32,971 nt of DNA from Oligoflexales bacterium (GTDB lineage Bacteria; Bdellovibrionota_B; Oligoflexia; Oligoflexales; RGVZ01), in the NCBI GenBank assembly GCA_044236265.1, contig JBIIGV010000019.1, forward strand, positions 1 through 32,971, written 5' to 3'. Below, piece after piece: positions 8,271 through 16,535 of the stretch. How positions within the stretch are numbered: position 1 is the first letter of the stretch; every line of letters starts with the position of its first letter. Position numbers and translations under genes: made by a program. Under the pieces are notes generated by a model that was given only the letters and a program-made list of their open reading frames with translations, was not told the origin of the DNA and made no database searches.

Positions 8271-10331
8271 ATGACGTTCAAAATATTTTCTAGAGTGCCA
8301 CGCGAGTCGCGACGAATCTACATGTACGCTATTTGTCTTACAGCGCTGATTTCTGGAGTGTTTCAAGCCAATTCCAACAAGGAATTTGGAGTCTTTCTTA
8401 ATAAGCAGATCTTCTATCCATTTGTCTTCTCATTAAAGTCTCGTTTAATTGATGAGAGTCTGGATCCACGTCTTAAAATTTTCGCCTATGATGACAGTAC
8501 TGTTGCCTACAAAAAATCGACCGATCTGACTTTGCCCGAATGGGCGAATGTTTTGGTTGGATTGGCAGCACCAGGAGATGTCCGCGTTCTCGTCGATAAA
8601 CTCTTTGACGCTTACCACTCAAAGGAAAACGTACAAATTTTTGCATCAAAATTAAAAACCTTGGGTGACCATTCAAAAATTAGCGCCATCACATTTGCTC
8701 ACACCGATCGCATTCGATTTCGCAGCGACATAGATCCGGACATCGTTACGTCTCTGCAATCAAAGGTATTCGCACCAGAGATGAGCGATCCACTTATTCC
8801 CCAAGGGTTTGGTGAAATGACTTTATATGGGGCCATACCTGAAGTGATAGAAAATTTTCACAGGTTCGGCTTTGCAAACTACCGTGGGGATGGGTTTATA
8901 GCGCCGATTGCCCGGCTTAAGTCAAATCAGCTTGTTCCTCATGCTGCCCTTAGCCTTTTTGATCCCATCGACATATCACGCGAAAAACTAAAAATTGCTG
9001 GCAAACAAATCCCGACCAACCAGGATGGGCGAGTTCTGGTGAATTTTTTTCAGCCTGATATTTACCGAAAGTCTACTCTTTCCATGGTTGCACTGATCGC
9101 ACGGATCCAAAGTGGGATGGATCTATCAATTGTAAAGCCAGGCGACATCGTACTGATATTACCTGCCATGTTCACTGGCCATACGGACTTTGTTGAATCA
9201 CCGTTCGGACCGATTCCGGGAGGTTTTCACCTTGTTTCTGTCGTCAATAGTATTTTGACTGACAACTGGATACGCGTCGTCGATGATTCAGGATTTTTCG
9301 TATTGTTGTTTGCGCTCTTTGGTCTGGCGTTAAATTTGATTTTAAGACCATCTCTTGGGACGATGGCTACTCTTCTAACAAGTATTGCGATTGTCACAGT
9401 TAGTGCAGGCTTATTTATCTACGCAAAAATTGCGATCTCGTTTGTTTTGCCGATTGCGGGATTTCTTTTAGGAAGTTTTTGCGGAATTTCTCTCAAAGTG
9501 CATTCGACTGCTTTGGACGAAGCTCGAAAAAACCGAGAGCTTGAAGTGGCCTCATTAGTACAAAGATCTTTCTTTCAAAGCGGCGAGACAATAACCACGG
9601 ATGGATCTTCCTGCAAAGCCATAGGCCTCTCTGAATCAGCTTCAGAGTGCGGCGGCGATTGGTGGGGAAGTCTTAGAAAAAATAACTATAACTACCACTT
9701 TATCGCCGATGCCATTGGACATGGGGTTCCAGCTGCGCTGATCACCTCGGTTGCTTACTCGGTATCGAAGGCCATGGAGCTGGAGATTAGTAAGGCTTTA
9801 GAAACTCTTTTACCCTCAGACATTTTAACGATGATTAATCGGGTATTATTTTCCCTTGGGTCACCACTTCGACAGATGACCTTCTTTATTGTTCGTATTG
9901 ACGACAAGACAGGAGAGTGTGTTTATGCAAATGCCGGCAACCCCCAAGGATATCTAATTCGAAAGGCTTCCATCGGCATTGACGGAAAGTCTTCGGAACG
10001 GCCCAAACAGCTAAATGCTATTGGTAATGTGCTTGGAGACGACGCTGGAAGCAGCTACGAAAATCACTCCGTCACGTTGGAAGATGGAGACAAGATCGTT
10101 TTATTTACTGACGGCATCTTCGAAAACCGAACCGCAGATGAAAGGTCTCAACTTGGTAAGCCTTGGCTACGCCAAACAATACAAAGACACGCGGGACGAC
10201 CAATCGACGATTTTACATCATCAGTATGGCGAAACTATAAGTTTGCAACAGGAAGCACGTCACCTGATGACGATGCCTCACTACTTGTTATTGAATTTGA
10301 TCGCAAACAAATGAAAAATCCAACGTCCTAG
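8271..10331 (+). CDS. CHASE2-like sensor, 3 TM helices and a SpoIIE/PP2C-type Ser/Thr phosphatase
   Basis: PP2C motifs CGGDWW, IADAIGHGVPAAL, YANAGN, LFTDGI and DDASLL. The extracytoplasmic domain ends in SPFGPIPGGFHLVSVVNSIL followed by three TM helices, as in CHASE2 proteins. Confidence 0.85.
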   Translation: MTFKIFSRVPRESRRIYMYAICLTALISGVFQANSNKEFGVFLNKQIFYPFVFSLKSRLIDESLDPRLKIFAYDDSTVAYKKSTDLTLPEWANVLVGLAAPGDVRVLVDKLFDAYHSKENVQIFASKLKTLGDHSKISAITFAHTDRIRFRSDIDPDIVTSLQSKVFAPEMSDPLIPQGFGEMTLYGAIPEVIENFHRFGFANYRGDGFIAPIARLKSNQLVPHAALSLFDPIDISREKLKIAGKQIPTNQDGRVLVNFFQPDIYRKSTLSMVALIARIQSGMDLSIVKPGDIVLILPAMFTGHTDFVESPFGPIPGGFHLVSVVNSILTDNWIRVVDDSGFFVLLFALFGLALNLILRPSLGTMATLLTSIAIVTVSAGLFIYAKIAISFVLPIAGFLLGSFCGISLKVHSTALDEARKNRELEVASLVQRSFFQSGETITTDGSSCKAIGLSESASECGGDWWGSLRKNNYNYHFIADAIGHGVPAALITSVAYSVSKAMELEISKALETLLPSDILTMINRVLFSLGSPLRQMTFFIVRIDDKTGECVYANAGNPQGYLIRKASIGIDGKSSERPKQLNAIGNVLGDDAGSSYENHSVTLEDGDKIVLFTDGIFENRTADERSQLGKPWLRQTIQRHAGRPIDDFTSSVWRNYKFATGSTSPDDDASLLVIEFDRKQMKNPTS

Positions 10332-10335
10332 CCCC

Positions 10336-10797
10336 TCAGTCGTGATGATAGGGCATTCCCTTGATAATGGTGAATGCTCGGTATACCTGCTCCCAACACA
10401 TAAGCCATGCAAGATCACTTGGCATCGTCAAAGACGACAAAGACCAAGTAAACTTTGCGGCAGCTCGGGTCGCATCATCAAATCCATAAGGTGGACCAAT
10501 CAAAAATGTCACGGTCTTGATTGAGGGATCATCCATCCACTGCGTGATATGACCTGCAAATGTAGCTGAATCTAAAGCACGACCCCGTTCATCTAGCAAA
10601 ACCAGAAACTCTCCTGGCTCCGGCAAATAGATCGGATCGCGACTCTTCGAGGCGTTTCGCTTATCGCGTTTGGCGTCGGCCTTGATTTCGAGGTCATCAA
10701 CTTTAACAAAAGACGTCAGACGTTTTCGATATTCGTTTACAAGCGGCACCAAAGACGTCTGCGATAGTTTCCCTGTTCTGATAACTTGAATCTTCAC
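10336..10797 (-). CDS. rlmH: 23S rRNA pseudouridine-1915 N3-methyltransferase RlmH (SPOUT)
   Basis: LLDERG, FLIGPPYG, SLSSLTMP, EQVYRAFTIIKGMPYH. It lies downstream of rsfS, as is usual. Confidence 0.92.
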   Translation of the reverse strand: MKIQVIRTGKLSQTSLVPLVNEYRKRLTSFVKVDDLEIKADAKRDKRNASKSRDPIYLPEPGEFLVLLDERGRALDSATFAGHITQWMDDPSIKTVTFLIGPPYGFDDATRAAAKFTWSLSSLTMPSDLAWLMCWEQVYRAFTIIKGMPYHHD

Positions 10798-10809
10798 AGC
10801 GCTGTCCGG

Positions 10810-11160
10810 TTATGCACCTTCAACGGGGACTTTTTTTGCCTTCGGCCACAGAGAATCAAGAGCGTAGTAATCTCTAGCATCTGCCAAAAATATATGAACT
10901 ACAAAGGAGCCGTAATCCATCAAAATCCAATTGCCAACCTGTTTACCTTCGACGGCATATGGCTTGATGCCAGCAACTTTCCTGCATCTTTCCTCGATGG
11001 CATCACAAACTGCCGAAGACTGCCTCTCATTATCCGAGGAACAGATCAGTACGGCGTCACACATGTCGGTAAATCCACGGACGTCTAGTAGTGAAATACG
11101 GGTTGATTTTTTATCGACTGCTGCGGAGGCAGCTATTTGTCCCAACTCAATGAAGTTCAT
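10810..11160 (-). CDS. rsfS: Ribosome silencing factor RsfS (Iojap)
   Basis: DKK...LDV, WILMDYGSFVVHIF, RDYYALDSLW. Confidence 0.95.
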   Translation of the reverse strand: MNFIELGQIAASAAVDKKSTRISLLDVRGFTDMCDAVLICSSDNERQSSAVCDAIEERCRKVAGIKPYAVEGKQVGNWILMDYGSFVVHIFLADARDYYALDSLWPKAKKVPVEGA

Positions 11161-11175
11161 CGCGAGATTCCTCTG

Positions 11176-11862
11176 TTAGTTTTGATATAGACCCAAGTCT
11201 GAAATGTAATCGACAACGGCAGGTGCGACCATTGCATCAATATCTTTGAGACTGCTAGCTGCCATTTTGCGAATTTCAGATGATGAAACCGTGCGAGGCA
11301 TGCGATTCATCACATAGATAGAACCTGCACCATCAAGATCAACGCGCTGATTGTCCCTGTCTACTGTCGTACGAAAACCAAGCTTAGAGGCAACATTCGT
11401 CGCGAGCTCAAGCAAATCACCTGCAGCCATATTAAGGCGCGGTAATACAATTAGCGACGCTGTCTCCAGAATCTGAGCTGGATTTTTCCATGTGGGGAAA
11501 GCCTGTAATTGATCTGCTCCGATCATCCATGCAAGCTTTGATCCGGGGTTTTCCTGAGCAAAACGCTCCAGCGTCAAATACGTGTAATTTGGTGCCGACA
11601 GTTCTTCTTCCACTGACGACACATCGACCCCAGGCCACTCATCAAAAGCCACCACGACCATGGCCACACGATCAGCAAAAGGCGCTGCGACAGTCTTTTG
11701 TTCATCAGCCGAACGCGGCGGTGCAAATCCAGGTACTAATGTAATTTTAGAATCCGGAAATGCTTCACGAACGATTTCCACTGCATCCATGTGCCCACGA
11801 TGCACAGGATCAAATGCGCCACCGAAATAAATAATGTTGGGGTTTGCTGTCATCGACATCAT
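11176..11862 (-). CDS. nadD: Nicotinate-nucleotide adenylyltransferase
   Basis: FGGAFDPVHRGH, NYTYLTL, IGADQ, VSSSEIR. The start overlaps the obgE stop (ATGA). Confidence 0.93.
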   Translation of the reverse strand: MMSMTANPNIIYFGGAFDPVHRGHMDAVEIVREAFPDSKITLVPGFAPPRSADEQKTVAAPFADRVAMVVVAFDEWPGVDVSSVEEELSAPNYTYLTLERFAQENPGSKLAWMIGADQLQAFPTWKNPAQILETASLIVLPRLNMAAGDLLELATNVASKLGFRTTVDRDNQRVDLDGAGSIYVMNRMPRTVSSSEIRKMAASSLKDIDAMVAPAVVDYISDLGLYQN

Positions 11863-13037
11863 CCCATCTTGCCAAATGCACGGCCATCAGCGATGGCCTT
11901 TGAAAAATCAAGCATCCCGTGATTATCAACACCAAGAGCAGCCGCAGACATGAGACCTTTTACGACCGGCAGTCGAGATGCCAATTCCGCCTCAAACAAT
12001 CGACGTTCTTCCAAAACCATTGCATGAAGACGCTCTTTGAGGTCACCAAGGCCAATGCTGGTTGCAGCTGAAATTGTAAAAACCTTAAATCCCAATTTTT
12101 CAATCGCATCTCTTAGCTGAAGGAGTCTTTGAGGGCCGTCCTCTTCACCATCCGCAAGATCGCACTTATTCAAAACAACGACGGACTTTCTTTTGGCAAG
12201 TTTTTCATCATAAGCCTGTAATTCAGATTGCAGTAAGTTCAGGGTCTCCAGTGGATCACTGCCATCAATCGGAAACGCGTCCACCACAAAGGCTATGACT
12301 TTTGTACGCTCAAGATGCCGAAGAAATTCGTGACCAAGACCCTTACCCTCACTGGCACCTTCGATGAGTCCAGGGATATCGGCCATGACAAATGATTCTA
12401 GATTGAATTCGCCGCGTTCTTTCAACTCAACCACGCCCAGCTGGGGCTCTAAGGTCGTGAACGGATAATCCGCGATTTTGGGCTTAGCAGCAGACATCAC
12501 ACTGAGTAATGTCGACTTTCCCGCGTTGGGAAGTCCCGCTAAGCCCACATCAGCAAGTAACTTAAGTTCAAGGCGAAGAGTCAGCTCAACTCCAGGCTGG
12601 CCTGCTACGTACTCCTCCGGAGCCTGATGTGTGGAAGACACAAAACGCAGGTTCCCAAAACCTCGACGACCGCCCTCCGCAATAATTTCGCGTTGTCCGG
12701 GTACGAGAATTTCGCAGATCAAACGTCCGGATACGGCATCATAAACCTCTGTACCAAGTGGAACTGGGATCTCGACATCTTCACCCGAGCGACCGGTTTT
12801 GCCGCTTGTTCCGCCCTTGGCACCGTTTTCTGCAATGAAGCGGCTCTTATAGCGAACGGTAGTTAAAGTATTCAATTGTGGGGCTGCAACGAAAACCACG
12901 TCGCCACCGTGACCACCGTCACCGCCATCTGGTCCAAGACGCGGCTTATTGCTCGCAGTCTTGAAACTGACAAGACCGTTACCTCCGTGACCGGAGGCGA
13001 CAAATATTTCTGTTGAATCGATAAACTTCACAATCAC
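11859..13037 (-). CDS. obgE: GTPase Obg/CgtA
   Basis: Gly-rich Obg fold (GPDGGDGGHGG), G1 GLPNAGKST, G2 YPFTT, G3 DIPG, G4 NKCD. The start may be GTG 13031. Confidence 0.97.
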   Translation of the reverse strand: MIVKFIDSTEIFVASGHGGNGLVSFKTASNKPRLGPDGGDGGHGGDVVFVAAPQLNTLTTVRYKSRFIAENGAKGGTSGKTGRSGEDVEIPVPLGTEVYDAVSGRLICEILVPGQREIIAEGGRRGFGNLRFVSSTHQAPEEYVAGQPGVELTLRLELKLLADVGLAGLPNAGKSTLLSVMSAAKPKIADYPFTTLEPQLGVVELKERGEFNLESFVMADIPGLIEGASEGKGLGHEFLRHLERTKVIAFVVDAFPIDGSDPLETLNLLQSELQAYDEKLAKRKSVVVLNKCDLADGEEDGPQRLLQLRDAIEKLGFKVFTISAATSIGLGDLKERLHAMVLEERRLFEAELASRLPVVKGLMSAAALGVDNHGMLDFSKAIADGRAFGKMG

Positions 13038-13072
13038 ACCGCTGTGTATTTTTTAATCAGAACTCGGGCAAT

Positions 13073-13110
13073 AAAAAGCGCCTCTGCTTGACCTGCAAGC
13101 CTAAGGCGCC
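13073..13110 (-). terminator. Intrinsic terminator after rpmA
   Basis: The minus-strand RNA forms an interrupted stem GGCGCCU...GCUUG-CAGGU-CAAGC...AGGCGCU followed by a U tract. Confidence 0.65.
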
Positions 13111-13133
13111 TTCCTTGCTAATCCACAAATGAA

Positions 13134-13391
13134 TCAGCCTTCAGCTAGAACTGAAACCTTCTGACGGTCTTTGCCTTTGCGCTCAAACTTAACAACGCCG
13201 TCGGTCAAAGCAAACAATGTGAAGTCGCTTCCACGACCAACATTGCTACCAGCATGAAATGTGCTGCCAACCTGACGAACGATAATGTTGCCTGCGACAA
13301 CTTTTTGACCGCCGAAAACCTTTACGCCACGATACTGTGGGTTGGAATCGCGACCGTTTTTAGAACTACCACCAGCTTTTTTGGTTGCCAT
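13134..13391 (-). CDS. rpmA: 50S ribosomal protein L27
   Basis: [16 protein letters not shown]...GNIIVRQ...DFTLFAL. RBS AAGGAG. Confidence 0.98.
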   Translation of the reverse strand: MATKKAGGSSKNGRDSNPQYRGVKVFGGQKVVAGNIIVRQVGSTFHAGSNVGRGSDFTLFALTDGVVKFERKGKDRQKVSVLAEG

Positions 13392-13408
13392 TGTTTACTC
13401 CTTAAAAC

Positions 13409-13717
13409 TCAGACCGAGATCTTGCCGATCTGAAGAGTCGTAAGCGCTTGTCTGTGACCGCGCGTACGCTTGTAGTTTTTACGACGCTTGTACTTGAGAA
13501 TTGTGACCTTCTCGCCTGCAAGATGTTCTTTAACGGTGGCTGCAACTTTCGCGCCCTTTACAACAGGGGCACCGACGACAACTTTGGCTCCGCCAACCAG
13601 AAGCACTTCATCAAAAGTTACTGATTCACCAGCTTTGGCCGATAAACGGTTCACGGTGATGACGTCGCCTTCTTTAACTGTCCACTGGCGACCGCTGGTC
13701 TTGATTACTGCGTACAT
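13409..13717 (-). CDS. rplU: 50S ribosomal protein L21
   Basis: MYAVIKTSGRQ...KYKRRKNYKRTRGHRQ. RBS AGGAG. Confidence 0.98.
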   Translation of the reverse strand: MYAVIKTSGRQWTVKEGDVITVNRLSAKAGESVTFDEVLLVGGAKVVVGAPVVKGAKVAATVKEHLAGEKVTILKYKRRKNYKRTRGHRQALTTLQIGKISV

Positions 13718-13796
13718 GATATTCTCCTAAAACGCCCGCTATCAAAAGCACTTGAGGGCTTGAGTATCAATGCTTCTGCCCAACAAGAGAGGGGGC

Positions 13797-13826
13797 AATA
13801 TGGTTCAAGTTGATGCCTACTGTCAA
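13797..13826 (-). promoter_or_regulatory. Putative sigma70 promoter for rplU-rpmA-obgE
   Basis: TTGACA-N18-CATATT on the minus strand, about 80 nt upstream of rplU. Confidence 0.6.
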
Positions 13827-13963
13827 GGCCAAACTCGGGCAAAATCGCTAAACTTTGGACCCAAGAAAAAGGCTCTCATTTAAAGAAGCTGAGAAAGCAC
13901 GGCAAATCTGCCAGAATGAACGTCTCATAGTCAACCTGAGGAGTCCGCCGGTAAGGCACCAAC

Positions 13964-15160
13964 ATGAGTCATCATAGGCACTTATCTAAAGAAACGCAGA
14001 TGGTTCACCCCCCAAAAGAGAGCCTTCCCGAGGGCAATGAACCCTTGGTTAGCCCCATCTATCAAAGCGTTAAGTTCAAACCATCCTCCATGGGCCAGGT
14101 CAGAGACATCCTATCCAAGCGCGGCAAGGGCTACCTGTACTCAAGAATCAGTAATCCAACGGTCCGTGAACTCGAGGTTTTACTGGCAAACCTCCAGGGA
14201 CGAGATGACGCCTTGGCCACCAGCAGCGGGGTAGCAGCACTGACAGCGGTTGCCATGACTTTTTTAAGTGCCGGAGACCGAGTGGTGGTCTTTACTGAGT
14301 CATATAAACCTACAAGATTTCTGCTTGGAGGAATTCTTTCGCGCTTCGGTGTTCAGGTGCTGCGGATTTCCCGAGACGACTATTCTAAATTTGAAGAACT
14401 ATGTCGAAGTGATCATCCTCCTAAACTAGTCTTCCTTGAAAGCCCGACCAACCCGGCATTACGCCTTCATGATTTAGAACGCATTGTCTCGTCTGCAAAA
14501 AAGTCAGGCTCCCTGACAGTGCTAGACAATACGTTTGCTGGATTTACACACCACGGAAACATCGACATCGATCTTTTTGTCCACAGTTTAACCAAACAGG
14601 CTAATGGTCATAGTGATGCGATGGGTGGAGTCATCATTGCCAAAAAAGATCTGATCGAAAAAATCTTTCCCGTTGCCATGACACTGGGAGGCTGCCTTGA
14701 TCCCAATAGCGCGTGGCTGACGTTACGCGGCATGAAGACCTACGCTCTGCGCACCAAGGAATCCAGTAAGAATGCTCGTGAGATGGCCCAGTGGTTGCAG
14801 ATGCAACCTTGGGCAAAAAACGTTCGCTATCCGGCATTAAAAAACCATCCTGATCACGACATTTGGAAAAAGCAGATGCCCGGTGATGGAGGAGCGGTGG
14901 TAACCTTTGATCTACACTGCGATGAAGGTCGTTTTGATCAGTTCTTTGATCAATTAAAACTATTCACTCTCACTCCTAGTCTTGGATGTGTCGAATCATT
15001 AGCTGCACCCTGTCTATTGTTTTTTGCAGATGACTTGCCAGCAGATGACGCGCGAAAAGCTGGGATTACCTCGACCACCGTTCGTCTGGCCATTGGTATC
15101 GAATCCGTCTCAGACTTAAAGCAAGACCTAGAGCAGGCCGCCAACGCAGCGCGCACATAA
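13964..15160 (+). CDS. Cys/Met metabolism PLP-dependent enzyme (cystathionine gamma-synthase/lyase or methionine gamma-lyase family)
   Basis: PIYQS, YSRISNPT, SSGVAA, LESPTNP, DNTFA, the PLP lysine in HSLTKQANGHSD, SLGCVESL and RLAIGIE. The exact substrate cannot be assigned. Confidence 0.92.
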   Translation: MSHHRHLSKETQMVHPPKESLPEGNEPLVSPIYQSVKFKPSSMGQVRDILSKRGKGYLYSRISNPTVRELEVLLANLQGRDDALATSSGVAALTAVAMTFLSAGDRVVVFTESYKPTRFLLGGILSRFGVQVLRISRDDYSKFEELCRSDHPPKLVFLESPTNPALRLHDLERIVSSAKKSGSLTVLDNTFAGFTHHGNIDIDLFVHSLTKQANGHSDAMGGVIIAKKDLIEKIFPVAMTLGGCLDPNSAWLTLRGMKTYALRTKESSKNAREMAQWLQMQPWAKNVRYPALKNHPDHDIWKKQMPGDGGAVVTFDLHCDEGRFDQFFDQLKLFTLTPSLGCVESLAAPCLLFFADDLPADDARKAGITSTTVRLAIGIESVSDLKQDLEQAANAART

Positions 15161-15173
15161 GGAGTCACGTCTC

Positions 15174-15986
15174 ATGGCATTTGCAAAAACACGCTACGGT
15201 AAAATTCACTACACGGTCAAAGGTGAAGGACCCGTCGTGGTGCTCGTGCGCGGTCTCGGACGTTGGTCTGTGCATTGGTATGGTTGGGACATTGAATTGG
15301 CTAAGTCTTTTAAAGTCATAACGTTTGACAGCAAAGGACTTGGCTCGTCGACCGCTCCAATGCGCCCCTGGCACTCAATGAAAGAACTCACCGAGGATGT
15401 TGCGGCCATCTTAAAACATGAACGCATCGACTCAGCTCACATCATTGGTACGAGCCTTGGCGGCAAAATTGCTCTGGAGTTTGCCCTCACCCACTCGTCT
15501 ATGGCCAAATCGATTACGGTCATTGCTGCATCTATCGGAGGAAGCGGCCACACAAGAATCAGTGGTGCCGCAGCAAAAATGTTAATTGAGGCACCATGGA
15601 AGCTTGGAAAAATCTACCCTGAGTTAGCTCGGCTATTGACCTCACCGTCCTCGCCAGATGACCTGCGAGAAAAACTGGCTAGAGATTGGCTTGCCGAGGA
15701 CAAAAAACACCGTAAGCCAACCTTTACCGTTATCGGTCAACTTCTCGCGGCTTGGCGATTTAGAAACTGGGAGCGTTTGTCTAAGATTCGCTGTCCTGTG
15801 CATGTGATAACCGGCAAAGATGATCTCTTTGTTCCGCGTGGAAATAGCCTTTTTCTTCATGAAAAAATACCGGGAAGCACTTTCACGGAAGTTGAGAAAG
15901 CAGGACATGAACCGCACATTGACCAGCCGGAAGAGATGGCGAAAGTCGTGGCTCAGTTTATAAAAAAACACGACCCATCTGCATAA
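15174..15986 (+). CDS. Alpha/beta-fold hydrolase
   Basis: Nucleophile elbow GTSLGG, acid in GKDD, His in AGHEPH. RBS AAGGAG lies at the upstream stop codon. Confidence 0.9.
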   Translation: MAFAKTRYGKIHYTVKGEGPVVVLVRGLGRWSVHWYGWDIELAKSFKVITFDSKGLGSSTAPMRPWHSMKELTEDVAAILKHERIDSAHIIGTSLGGKIALEFALTHSSMAKSITVIAASIGGSGHTRISGAAAKMLIEAPWKLGKIYPELARLLTSPSSPDDLREKLARDWLAEDKKHRKPTFTVIGQLLAAWRFRNWERLSKIRCPVHVITGKDDLFVPRGNSLFLHEKIPGSTFTEVEKAGHEPHIDQPEEMAKVVAQFIKKHDPSA

Positions 15987-16013
15987 GATGAGTCGTGTGA
16001 CTTCGATAAAAAC

Positions 16014-16415
16014 TTAAAGGCGGCAGGAAAAAGATTCTTCTTTACCCTCGCTACTTGGACTCGTCCAGAGCAGCTTAGCTGGATAGGTCCCGTCGTCTTG
16101 ACGCTCAAGCCAAATCATAAGTTCGTAGCCATCAAATTCATACTGAAACACAATGGGGTCGCGAACGCTGTCGTCTTTGACGCCTTGAAGGTACTGCATT
16201 TCAACAGGCTCCTGACCCGGTTGACCGGGGCGCGTCAGTTCTAAGATTGCGCGAACCGAGGACGTTGATTCTAAAACCTTAAGTTGCGTCGTGTTCGCTG
16301 GATCTTTTGTCTGACAGGTGGCGACTGTTTCATAGGCCTCGTGTAAGGACGCGTGCGACACCTGAGCAAAAACAACCACAACTGACGCGATAAAGATAAG
16401 TGCCATCTGTTTCAT
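16014..16415 (-). CDS. Secreted hypothetical protein (probable single disulfide)
   Basis: RBS AGGAG before ATG 16415. Signal peptide MKQMALIFIASVVVVFAQVSHA. One Cys near each end of the mature beta-rich chain. Confidence 0.7.
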   Translation of the reverse strand: MKQMALIFIASVVVVFAQVSHASLHEAYETVATCQTKDPANTTQLKVLESTSSVRAILELTRPGQPGQEPVEMQYLQGVKDDSVRDPIVFQYEFDGYELMIWLERQDDGTYPAKLLWTSPSSEGKEESFSCRL

Positions 16416-16535
16416 TAGCAAACTCCTACTGAAAAGCTACAACACAGTCGGCTCCGACTGATGCCCGCTTGCTAGCACCAATTCAAAAGACTTCCAACAA
16501 ATAAATAAGCCTAGCAAAGTCTCACGAGCGTAAAC

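Noticed and set aside
13392..13408. Missing prp (ysxB) between rplU and rpmA
   Set aside because: This is expected: this L27 has no N-terminal extension needing cleavage.
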